In this document: positions 18,532-26,243 of the stretch, one piece after another | How positions within the stretch are numbered: position 1 is the first letter of the stretch | How the letters are laid out: each line of letters begins with the position of its first letter | Assembly: GCA_029265815.1 (NCBI GenBank) | Contig: JAJUGU010000002.1 | Coordinates: forward strand, 210,061-274,060 | DNA: 64,000 nucleotides | Direction: 5' to 3' | From: Anaerolineaceae bacterium | GTDB taxonomy: Bacteria; Chloroflexota; Anaerolineae; Anaerolineales; Anaerolineaceae | Notes under the pieces: generated by a model | What the model was told of the DNA's origin: nothing | Databases searched by the model: none | Seen by the model: only the letters and a program-made list of their open reading frames with translations | Program-made: the position numbers and the translations under genes

Positions 18532-19519
18532 TGCATGGTTGAATAAGAAAGTCTTGGTCACTGGAGCTGGCGGGTTTATCGGCAGCCACCTGGTGGAAGC
18601 GCTGGTACTGCGTAACGCCAATGTGCGAGCGATGGTGCATTACAACTCTCGAGGCGACCTGGGTCTGCTCCGCTATGTACCATCTGACATTCTGGAAAAA
18701 GTTGACATCATCGGGGCCGATCTGCGAGATGCTTATGCTGTGCGTTCAGCAGTCAACGATTGCGAGGTTGTGTTTCATTTAGGCGCATTGATCTCAATTC
18801 CATACTCCTATGTTCATCCCGGAGAAGTGGCTGAAACCAATATTCTGGGGACTATGAACGTGCTGCTGGCTTGCCGCGATCTTGGAGTAAAACGCCTGGT
18901 GCACACATCCACTTCTGAAGTGTATGGAACTGCGCAATATGCACCGATCGATGAAAAGCATCCGCTTCAGGCGCAATCTCCTTATTCGGGGACGAAAATT
19001 GCAGCCGACAAGCTTGTAGAAAGTTTTTACCGTACATACGGCATGGATGTGATCACGGTGCGGCCGTTTAATACTTATGGCCCCCGCCAGTCTGCCCGCG
19101 CTGTGATCCCAACGATCATCACCCAGGCGCTTGCTCGAAAGACCATTTACCTTGGCAATCTTGAAACCATCCGCGATTTTACGTTTGTCGGGGATACCGT
19201 AGAGGGGTTCATCATGGCCAGCGAAAGTGAACGCGTCACAGGCAAGACGCTCAATCTTGGAACGGGAACAGAGATCAAGATCGGAGCAATCGCCCAGAAG
19301 ATTATCGAACTCACAGGCAGCACGGCAACGGTTGAAATCGATCCAGAACGGTTCAGACCAAAGGATTCAGAGGTTTTTCGTTTAATTTCAGACCATACAT
19401 TGATGACTGAGCTGACTGGCTGGCGGCCGCTGGTATCACTCGATGATGGATTATCTCGCACCATTGAGTGGATCAGCCGCCATCTGAATAATTACAAGAT
19501 TGGCAAATACGCAATTTAA
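18524..19519 (+). CDS. NDP-sugar 4,6-dehydratase/epimerase-like extended SDR
   Basis: 331 aa with GAGGFIGSHLVE, TSTSEVYG and YSGTKIAADK (YxxxK). It overlaps the upstream gene by 8 nt. Confidence 0.85.
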   Translation: MDDAWLNKKVLVTGAGGFIGSHLVEALVLRNANVRAMVHYNSRGDLGLLRYVPSDILEKVDIIGADLRDAYAVRSAVNDCEVVFHLGALISIPYSYVHPGEVAETNILGTMNVLLACRDLGVKRLVHTSTSEVYGTAQYAPIDEKHPLQAQSPYSGTKIAADKLVESFYRTYGMDVITVRPFNTYGPRQSARAVIPTIITQALARKTIYLGNLETIRDFTFVGDTVEGFIMASESERVTGKTLNLGTGTEIKIGAIAQKIIELTGSTATVEIDPERFRPKDSEVFRLISDHTLMTELTGWRPLVSLDDGLSRTIEWISRHLNNYKIGKYAI

Positions 19520-19542
19520 AGTGAAATTGAAAAGGAGGGAAT

Positions 19543-20253
19543 ATGAAAGGGGTAGTGCTCGCTGGTGGGAAAGGCACCCGGCTCGCACCTTATACAAAGA
19601 TCTTGCCAAAGCCATTGATGCCGATTGGGGATATGCCGATCCTGGAAGTGATCCTTCATCAGATGAAGGTGGCAGGCATTCATGATGTGGTGCTTACTGT
19701 TGGGCATCTTTCTGAATTACTCCATGCTTTCTTCAATGACGGGAGTCGTTTTGGTTTACATATAACCTACAGTTTTGAAGATAAACCACTGGGAACTGCT
19801 GGACCCATTGCATTAATTAAAGATTTGAATGAGACATTCCTGGTGACAAACGGCGATGTCTTAACCACGCTCGATTTTCGCGATTTGATCCAATTTCATA
19901 AATCTCAGCATGCGATCACGACTATTGCTGCTCACCGACGTCAAGAGAAAATCGATCTCGGTGTGATCCAATTCAATGGTACCTCGCAGGTGATAGGGTA
20001 TTCTGAGAAACCGACTTTTGACTTTATGGTGAGCATGGGTATCTATGTTTTTGAACCGGAAGTGTTGAATTATATTCCTGCGGGGGAATACCTTGATTTT
20101 CCCGATCTTGTGAAGAAAATGGTCGCCGCAGGAGAACGAGTGGTGGGATTGCCGTTTAATGGGTATTGGCAAGATCTGGGAAGACCCGCAGATTATGAAC
20201 GCGCTGCGATCGATTTTGAAAATATGCGGCATGAATTTCTCAAGGAGGAATAG
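19543..20253 (+). CDS. Sugar-1-phosphate nucleotidyltransferase
   Basis: 236 aa starting MKGVVLAGGKGTRLAPYTKILPKPLMPIG. A strong SD (aaggaggg) lies upstream. Confidence 0.85.
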   Translation: MKGVVLAGGKGTRLAPYTKILPKPLMPIGDMPILEVILHQMKVAGIHDVVLTVGHLSELLHAFFNDGSRFGLHITYSFEDKPLGTAGPIALIKDLNETFLVTNGDVLTTLDFRDLIQFHKSQHAITTIAAHRRQEKIDLGVIQFNGTSQVIGYSEKPTFDFMVSMGIYVFEPEVLNYIPAGEYLDFPDLVKKMVAAGERVVGLPFNGYWQDLGRPADYERAAIDFENMRHEFLKEE

Positions 20254-20255
20254 GG

Positions 20256-21398
20256 ATGACGTGGCGTATTCCGCTGGCTGATGTTAATCTCGGTGAAGAA
20301 GAAGTTTCAGCGGTCACCAGTGTGTTAAGAAGCCGCTGGTTAACAATGGGAGCAGTCACTCAAGAATTTGAGGAGGCTTTCAAGGACTATTCAGGTGCGA
20401 AGTATGCGCTTGCTGTGACCAATGCCACAACCGCGCTGCATATGGCTTGCCTTGCTGCAGGTTTGAAGTCGGGTGATGAGGTTATCCTCCCGTCTTTGAC
20501 TTTTGTGGCAACGGCAAATGCAATTTGCTACACAGGTGCTACTCCGATTTTTGCTGAAATCTGTGGGGAAAATAATCTGAATATAAGTGTCAAATCGATC
20601 GAGTCTAAGATTACCTCAAAAACTCGCGCAATCATGGTTGTGCATTATGGTGGATATGCCTGTGACATGCCGGAAATCATGCGCATAGCTGATGCTCATG
20701 GATTGACCGTGATAGAAGATGCTGCACACGCCAGCGGGTCATTTCTTGACTCGAGGATGCTTGGAACCTGGGGCAAGGTCGGCTGCTACAGCTTCTTTTC
20801 GAATAAGAACATGACTACAGGCGAAGGGGGAATGGCAGTTACGAATGATAAAAATATTTTTAAAAAATTATCGCTTATCCGCTCTCACGGAATGACCAGC
20901 CTGACCTGGGACCGGCACAGAGGGCATGCATGGAGTTATGATGTTGTTGACCTCGGATACAACTATCGAATCGATGAAATGCGGGCGGCTGTTGGTTTGG
21001 TGCAATTACGTAAGCTGGATTCGTTCAATGAAAAACGACGGCAAATCACCAATTTGTATATCGATCTATTGCACGAATTTTGCCCGGAAATCACAATTCC
21101 ATTTGAAAACCACCCCGGTAACTCAGCCTGTCATCTGTTCGTGATTCTGTTACCTGAAGGAATTGATCGATCAGGTTTCATGGAACAGATGAAATCTGCA
21201 GGAATACAAACCAGTATTCATTATCCATTAATCCATAAGTTTACTTATTATAAAAACGATCCATTGGTTGCGTGTCAAAATTTGCCATTAACTGAAAAGA
21301 TAGCTGAGCGTGAAGTTACTCTTCCGCTTTACCCAGGATTAACGGAAGAAGATGTGATCTACATCGTTCAAACGATCTCGCGAGCACTTCATCGTTAA
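20256..21398 (+). CDS. DegT/DnrJ/EryC1 family NDP-sugar aminotransferase (canonical)
   Basis: 380 aa with VIEDAAHASGS and GCYSFFSNKNMTTGEGGMAVTND (PLP Lys plus GEGG box). Confidence 0.9.
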   Translation: MTWRIPLADVNLGEEEVSAVTSVLRSRWLTMGAVTQEFEEAFKDYSGAKYALAVTNATTALHMACLAAGLKSGDEVILPSLTFVATANAICYTGATPIFAEICGENNLNISVKSIESKITSKTRAIMVVHYGGYACDMPEIMRIADAHGLTVIEDAAHASGSFLDSRMLGTWGKVGCYSFFSNKNMTTGEGGMAVTNDKNIFKKLSLIRSHGMTSLTWDRHRGHAWSYDVVDLGYNYRIDEMRAAVGLVQLRKLDSFNEKRRQITNLYIDLLHEFCPEITIPFENHPGNSACHLFVILLPEGIDRSGFMEQMKSAGIQTSIHYPLIHKFTYYKNDPLVACQNLPLTEKIAEREVTLPLYPGLTEEDVIYIVQTISRALHR

Positions 21399-21413
21399 TC
21401 TTTCTACTACCTG

Positions 21414-24400
21414 TTGCTGGAGGACAAAATGGAATTCAAGGATGTTGTTAAGTTTATCATCCGGCATTATCGAATCCTCATATTGGGTTTGATCCTTGGT
21501 GGAGCCATGGGGTTGATCTATACCCTTTCATCTCCTGCGCCATACGAAGCCACTTCCAAAATTCTGATTAGTCGTAACAAGTCAGATAAAGAGTCTGATT
21601 TTGGGTATTTGACTGACCAGCAATTAATCCAGACGTACGCTTACATTCTAAAAACGCGGCCTATTCTGGATCTGGTAAATGCACAAATTAATGGGAAGGT
21701 TGATCCAGATAATGTTCGTGTAAGCCAGGTTGCAGATACTTTGATCCTCCAGATCGCAGTGCGTGATCAAAATCCCCAAAAAGCCGCCTATATCGCGAAC
21801 GCATTTGCCAAAGCTATGGTTACCCGCAGCAATCAGTTGCAGGAAGAGCAATACAAACTCGAAGAAGCGGGGTTAACCAGCCAGATCAATTCCATCCGCA
21901 CCCAGATCGATGAACTGCAGGCACAATACGACAATCGTGAAATTACCGTCAATCAATCGATTATAGATGATGTCGATAAACAGATCCTGGCGTATCGTAA
22001 CGAAATACTGACACTACAGAAAGAAATCTCGCTGATTAAAACTCCCACTAATCTGGAACAGGAATCTTATATCATTGAGCGAAAAACCAGGTTAGAAGAA
22101 ATACAGCCATTGCTGGTAATGTATCAGGAAATCCGTACCAACCTTGAATATCTCGGAAGACCATATCAAAGTGGAAGCGCGCCTGAAGATACGACATTGT
22201 CACGACTAAAAACCACAATCGATCAATACCAGGAGGTAAACCTGACACTCTTGAATTCGTTAGAGAAGATTCGATTGGAAAAAGTGCAAAGTGAACCTAC
22301 AGTACAGACTATCGAGGAAGCGGCTGTTCCGACTGACAGAACTTCTCTAGTGTTTGTGATGAATCCGGTAATCGCAAGTGGAGTTGGATTAATCATTGCC
22401 ATACTCTTAGGGCTGTTCCAGGATCGTAAGGGATTGAAGGTTGCCAACCAGCAACAACTATTAAAGAACCTGGGGCTAGAAGTCGTTGGTTCTATTCCAC
22501 CAATTCCTGCCTTAAAAGGTAATGCAGGACTTAATTCAAATATTTCTGTGGAAGATGAGGAAATGAAGCCGTTTCATATCTTGCGAGCTTTCCTCGAATT
22601 TCACAGAATCAGAAATCCATACAAGAGCCTGCTTGTTACAAGCTTTGCCATTGGTGATGGTAAATCAACTGTAGCGTCTGCTCTGGCAGTTAATTATGTT
22701 CTGGGCGGCGACCCTATCGTTCTGGTGGATGCCAATTTTTCGAATGCCAGTCAACATATCTGGTTTAGAACGGGAAAAGATACAGGGTTGAGTGACATTC
22801 TTTATCGAAATCAAGCGTTTGATAAGCAATTCCTCAAGAATACCTCTTTTGAAAATCTTAAAATTCTCACGGCTGGTGAGTATTCGCCGATATCCATGCA
22901 GTTGATCGATCCACAGAAAATGGTAGAACTCCTTAAGAACGCTGAAAATGCTTTAAAACTTGTCATTGTTGACGGTCCCCCATTATCAGATCTCAACGCA
23001 ATGCTGTTAGCATCTGCAGTGGATAAAATCCTTTTAGTGATTCGTACGGGAGTCTATGCGTTGGATGGATTGGCAGAGACTCTCAACGATCTAGGAGTTG
23101 ATCGGAATAAGATTCTGGGTGTTGTTCTTAATGAACCAGTACCTGGGGCGGCTGAAATTTCTTTTGGAGAGGATGAAATTTCTACTCGTAAATTTGAAGA
23201 AACACGTCTTGAACTGAATGTCATCAGTGAAGCCAAGTCGTCTTCTCAACCTTTGAATGAAGAATTGGTTCGATTGGATATTTCTTCTGAAAATGACCAA
23301 TCATTAATGACTGGAGAACCAGAAATCATGCCGTCACAACCGAAGGGTGGTGATGAACCGGGTGTCGTCGATCAATCTGAATTCGTATCTGATTCTTCAC
23401 AAGAACATGTCGTGTCACGTTTGTTCCATTTCCCGGGGATTTTTGGGAGAAAGCAAGAGAAGAATGTGGGCATTTCTTCTGCTGACGTACCTCGAGAAAA
23501 AACAGATGGACAAATAGATGAAAGGGTTGAACCTTTTCTTTCTGAAGATGTTTCCATTCAATCCACAGGTGAGAATCCTATTGATGATATGCCAGCAATC
23601 TCGCAGGGATTAGATGAAACCAGATCTATCCTATCCTGGTTAAAATTCTGGCGAAAACCTAAGGAGCCAGAAACAACCAGAACCAATGATTTGACTGGAG
23701 AACTACCTGAAAAGATCGAAGGTAATGAAATAAAAACAGACGATAGCAAGTTATCTGACCTGGTTGAAAATGGATCTTCCTCATCGATCTTTCAAATTTC
23801 GAGTAGTAAAAAAGACTCTGAAAGGAATTTTGACCCCAATACAAACCTAACTGATTCCCTGACGGAGATTATAAATCCAGTAAAACAGGCTCGAGATCCA
23901 ATTTTTGAGAAGGTTAAACATTCGTTGGATCCATTATGGAACCAACTGCAAAAGGTAATGCAGGCGAAGAAAGGAATGACCGCAGAAACTGAAGTGGTTG
24001 ATAAAGTGAATAGGATAATGGCTTCAGAACTTGAAACACAGATGCCTGAAGAAGTCGCTCTGGATAGTCAAAAAAAGATGGGCGTTGTTGACGAACCTCA
24101 AACCCAAATCAAGCCAAAGCGAACCAAAAAAGAGGTGGTGTTAACCGATACACAACTGGAGATTCCGGTAATTGTTGAGGCGACTGGGAGCAATAAAAAA
24201 TCTTCTAAAGTAAGCGGAGAATCAAAATTATTCGATGAGGCAGTCAGTTCTAAAAAGAGAGCAAGCAGAGGCAGACCACGAAAAAATCAAGAACAGGAAC
24301 TCGAACCTGATGTTCTAATAACGAGTTCCACACAATTTAAATCCAGTGTCCGTGGCAAGCATGGAAAGGATCAGATTTCCAACACTATTGCGGAAAAAAC

Positions 24401-24626
24401 CAAGAATGCTGATACGGCTAACCTTAAAAAGAAAAACAGCGCCAAGAAAATCAGCGGGGTAACCGCTGGTTCTAACGCAGTGGAAAATCTTTCTAAACCA
24501 CACAAAACGGGTTCCAGTGCAGTCAAGAAAAAATCACCACCATCATCATCTTCGAAAAAGACAGCCAAAGAAAAGAAGAAAGTTGTTATTGGTGCAGATC
24601 TAAACTCACGAGATCATGAAATCTGA
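21414..24626 (+). CDS. Polysaccharide co-polymerase (Wzz-like) fused to a BY-kinase/MinD-type P-loop ATPase domain, with a long disordered C-terminal extension
   Basis: 1070 aa from a TTG at 21414; the more likely start is ATG 21429. TM1 is ILILGLILGGAMGLIY, followed by a coiled-coil region and TM2 VIASGVGLIIAILLGLF. Walker A is SFAIGDGKST (22653-22670), Walker A' is VLVDAN and Walker B is LVIVDGPP. The last ~490 aa are rich in S, K and E. Confidence 0.8.
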   Translation: MLEDKMEFKDVVKFIIRHYRILILGLILGGAMGLIYTLSSPAPYEATSKILISRNKSDKESDFGYLTDQQLIQTYAYILKTRPILDLVNAQINGKVDPDNVRVSQVADTLILQIAVRDQNPQKAAYIANAFAKAMVTRSNQLQEEQYKLEEAGLTSQINSIRTQIDELQAQYDNREITVNQSIIDDVDKQILAYRNEILTLQKEISLIKTPTNLEQESYIIERKTRLEEIQPLLVMYQEIRTNLEYLGRPYQSGSAPEDTTLSRLKTTIDQYQEVNLTLLNSLEKIRLEKVQSEPTVQTIEEAAVPTDRTSLVFVMNPVIASGVGLIIAILLGLFQDRKGLKVANQQQLLKNLGLEVVGSIPPIPALKGNAGLNSNISVEDEEMKPFHILRAFLEFHRIRNPYKSLLVTSFAIGDGKSTVASALAVNYVLGGDPIVLVDANFSNASQHIWFRTGKDTGLSDILYRNQAFDKQFLKNTSFENLKILTAGEYSPISMQLIDPQKMVELLKNAENALKLVIVDGPPLSDLNAMLLASAVDKILLVIRTGVYALDGLAETLNDLGVDRNKILGVVLNEPVPGAAEISFGEDEISTRKFEETRLELNVISEAKSSSQPLNEELVRLDISSENDQSLMTGEPEIMPSQPKGGDEPGVVDQSEFVSDSSQEHVVSRLFHFPGIFGRKQEKNVGISSADVPREKTDGQIDERVEPFLSEDVSIQSTGENPIDDMPAISQGLDETRSILSWLKFWRKPKEPETTRTNDLTGELPEKIEGNEIKTDDSKLSDLVENGSSSSIFQISSSKKDSERNFDPNTNLTDSLTEIINPVKQARDPIFEKVKHSLDPLWNQLQKVMQAKKGMTAETEVVDKVNRIMASELETQMPEEVALDSQKKMGVVDEPQTQIKPKRTKKEVVLTDTQLEIPVIVEATGSNKKSSKVSGESKLFDEAVSSKKRASRGRPRKNQEQELEPDVLITSSTQFKSSVRGKHGKDQISNTIAEKTKNADTANLKKKNSAKKISGVTAGSNAVENLSKPHKTGSSAVKKKSPPSSSSKKTAKEKKKVVIGADLNSRDHEI

Positions 24627-24647
24627 GAAAATACCTCAATTTAGAAA

Positions 24648-24678
24648 ACGGATGACGGTAAACGTTATCCGTTTTTTT
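24648..24678 (+). terminator. Rho-independent terminator
   Basis: The stem acggatgacg/cgttatccgt is 10 bp with one G-U pair. The loop is gtaaa, followed by tttttt. It lies 22 nt after the stop at 24626. Confidence 0.75.
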
Positions 24679-24794
24679 CTGCTTTTTTCTGGTCTCTTAT
24701 TTGATCATCATAATGTGACCAATGCTGAATTTGTGTACTGGGATTGCTATAATGATTTTATCCAAAGTGTATTAAACGACGCACGGAGGATCAG

Positions 24795-24932
24795 ATGAAG
24801 CAAATTATTGTGATCTTGATTTGTTTTTGCTTACTGGCATTGCCAATGTCTGTAAGTGCTGATATCGCTCCTCCGGCTGAACCACCCGGAGCGAACCCTA
24901 AACCTGGTAATGAATCAACCCAGGTACGATGA
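24795..24932 (+). CDS. 45-codon ORF encoding only a signal peptide plus a Pro-rich spacer, possibly the detached N-terminus of the next gene
   Basis: My own translation reads MKQIIVILICFCLLALPMSVSADIAPPAEPPGANPKPGNESTQVR*. The ORF is below the track cutoff. Its TGA (24930-24932) overlaps the ATG (24929-24931) of the next ORF. Confidence 0.5.
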   Translation: MKQIIVILICFCLLALPMSVSADIAPPAEPPGANPKPGNESTQVR

Positions 24933-26233
24933 CTTCCGAGATGATTCTGATTGAAATCCTTGAGGATACTTCAATGGAATCCCGGTATGTTGCTACAGCC
25001 ACTGCCGGTCAAGAACCAGAGACCCTTGGCCTCGCCAAAGTAACAGCGAGTTTTAATATGCGCAATCTTGGAAAGTTACCTGAAACTATGGCGGTCCGGT
25101 TTCCTGTGGGGACAGATGATGGCAGAGGAAATAATGTTGAACTGCGGGATGTGAAGATTGCAGTTGATGGAATGCCGGTCAATATGCGCAGGATCATGGC
25201 TGAAGATCCGTTAGAGAGGGTACCGCAGGTACCGTGGGTAGAATTTGATGTATTATTCCCGGTACAGACAGATGTGGTCATTAAAGTGCAGTACATTCTT
25301 GAGGCAGCCGGTGAGCTGCCCTATATACGATTTGATTACGTGTTTTCTACCGGGGCTGCATGGAAAGGAACGATCGGAAACGCCGAGCTGACGGTTCGTT
25401 TCCCTTACAAGGTAAATATATTGAATTACATTCCCGGCAGTGAATATGGAAATGTACGTTATATCCCGGGGGGGATCCGCTGCGAGAATCAGATCAACTG
25501 GGTGTTCACCAATTTCGAACCAGATGCCGATGACAATTTTTCAATTACCCTTGCGGCTCCATCTGTCTGGCAGCAAATTCTTCTGGAGCAAAGCCGGGTA
25601 AAAGCCAATCCTGATGATAGTGAAGCCTGGGGTAGGCTTGGGAAGTTGTATAAATCTCTGGTGATGTCTTCGCATGGTGGTAGAGGTTTTAGGGATTATG
25701 TACTAGAGGAAGACCCGGGTGTACAGGAATTGTTTGATCTTGGTGTTAACGCTTATGAGAATGCAATTACACTTGCACCCGATGATGCTTTGTGGCATGC
25801 CGGTTACGCAGAACTGCTGGGGTTTTACGCTTATCACGCAAAATATGAAGGGATTGACACAGCGCAAATTACAACAAGGGCTCTTGAGCAGATTAAACTT
25901 GCGTTAGATCTAGATTCCGAAAATGAAACAGTCAGGGATATTGAATACACTCTGGAGTTTTATTTCCCGCAGGGGATTGTGAGCGAAAATGGCGTATACG
26001 ATTTTCCATGGCTGACAAGAACTCCTGTAATTGAGACCATGACCGTAACATCAACTGATCTGACCGCTATACCAACAATGACTTCCGAAATTATCCATCT
26101 TACAGATACCCCGATGCCCTCAACAACCCCGGAGGTGGAGCAGCAGGACAATCTTCCGCTCTGCGGCACATTATTGCTGGTGCCGTTTATCTTGTTAATC
26201 GGATTGAAACTTCAAAAAACGAAACTACATTAG
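24929..26233 (+). CDS. Exported/anchored protein with a beta-rich N-domain, a TPR-like helical region, a Thr/Pro-rich stalk and a C-terminal TM anchor
   Basis: 434 aa with no signal peptide of its own. It carries the TP-rich segment TVTSTDLTAIPTMTSEIIHLTDTPMPSTTPE. The C-terminus is LPLCGTLLLVPFILLIGLKLQKTKLH. Confidence 0.7.
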   Translation: MTSEMILIEILEDTSMESRYVATATAGQEPETLGLAKVTASFNMRNLGKLPETMAVRFPVGTDDGRGNNVELRDVKIAVDGMPVNMRRIMAEDPLERVPQVPWVEFDVLFPVQTDVVIKVQYILEAAGELPYIRFDYVFSTGAAWKGTIGNAELTVRFPYKVNILNYIPGSEYGNVRYIPGGIRCENQINWVFTNFEPDADDNFSITLAAPSVWQQILLEQSRVKANPDDSEAWGRLGKLYKSLVMSSHGGRGFRDYVLEEDPGVQELFDLGVNAYENAITLAPDDALWHAGYAELLGFYAYHAKYEGIDTAQITTRALEQIKLALDLDSENETVRDIEYTLEFYFPQGIVSENGVYDFPWLTRTPVIETMTVTSTDLTAIPTMTSEIIHLTDTPMPSTTPEVEQQDNLPLCGTLLLVPFILLIGLKLQKTKLH

Positions 26234-26243
26234 AATTGTATTT

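Noticed and set aside
24616-24798. A 60-aa ORF in the gap after the BY-kinase-like gene.
   Set aside because: It spans the terminator hairpin and T-tract at 24648-24678 and has no SD. Its sequence (FFLLFSGLLF) is simply the translated T-rich terminator region.
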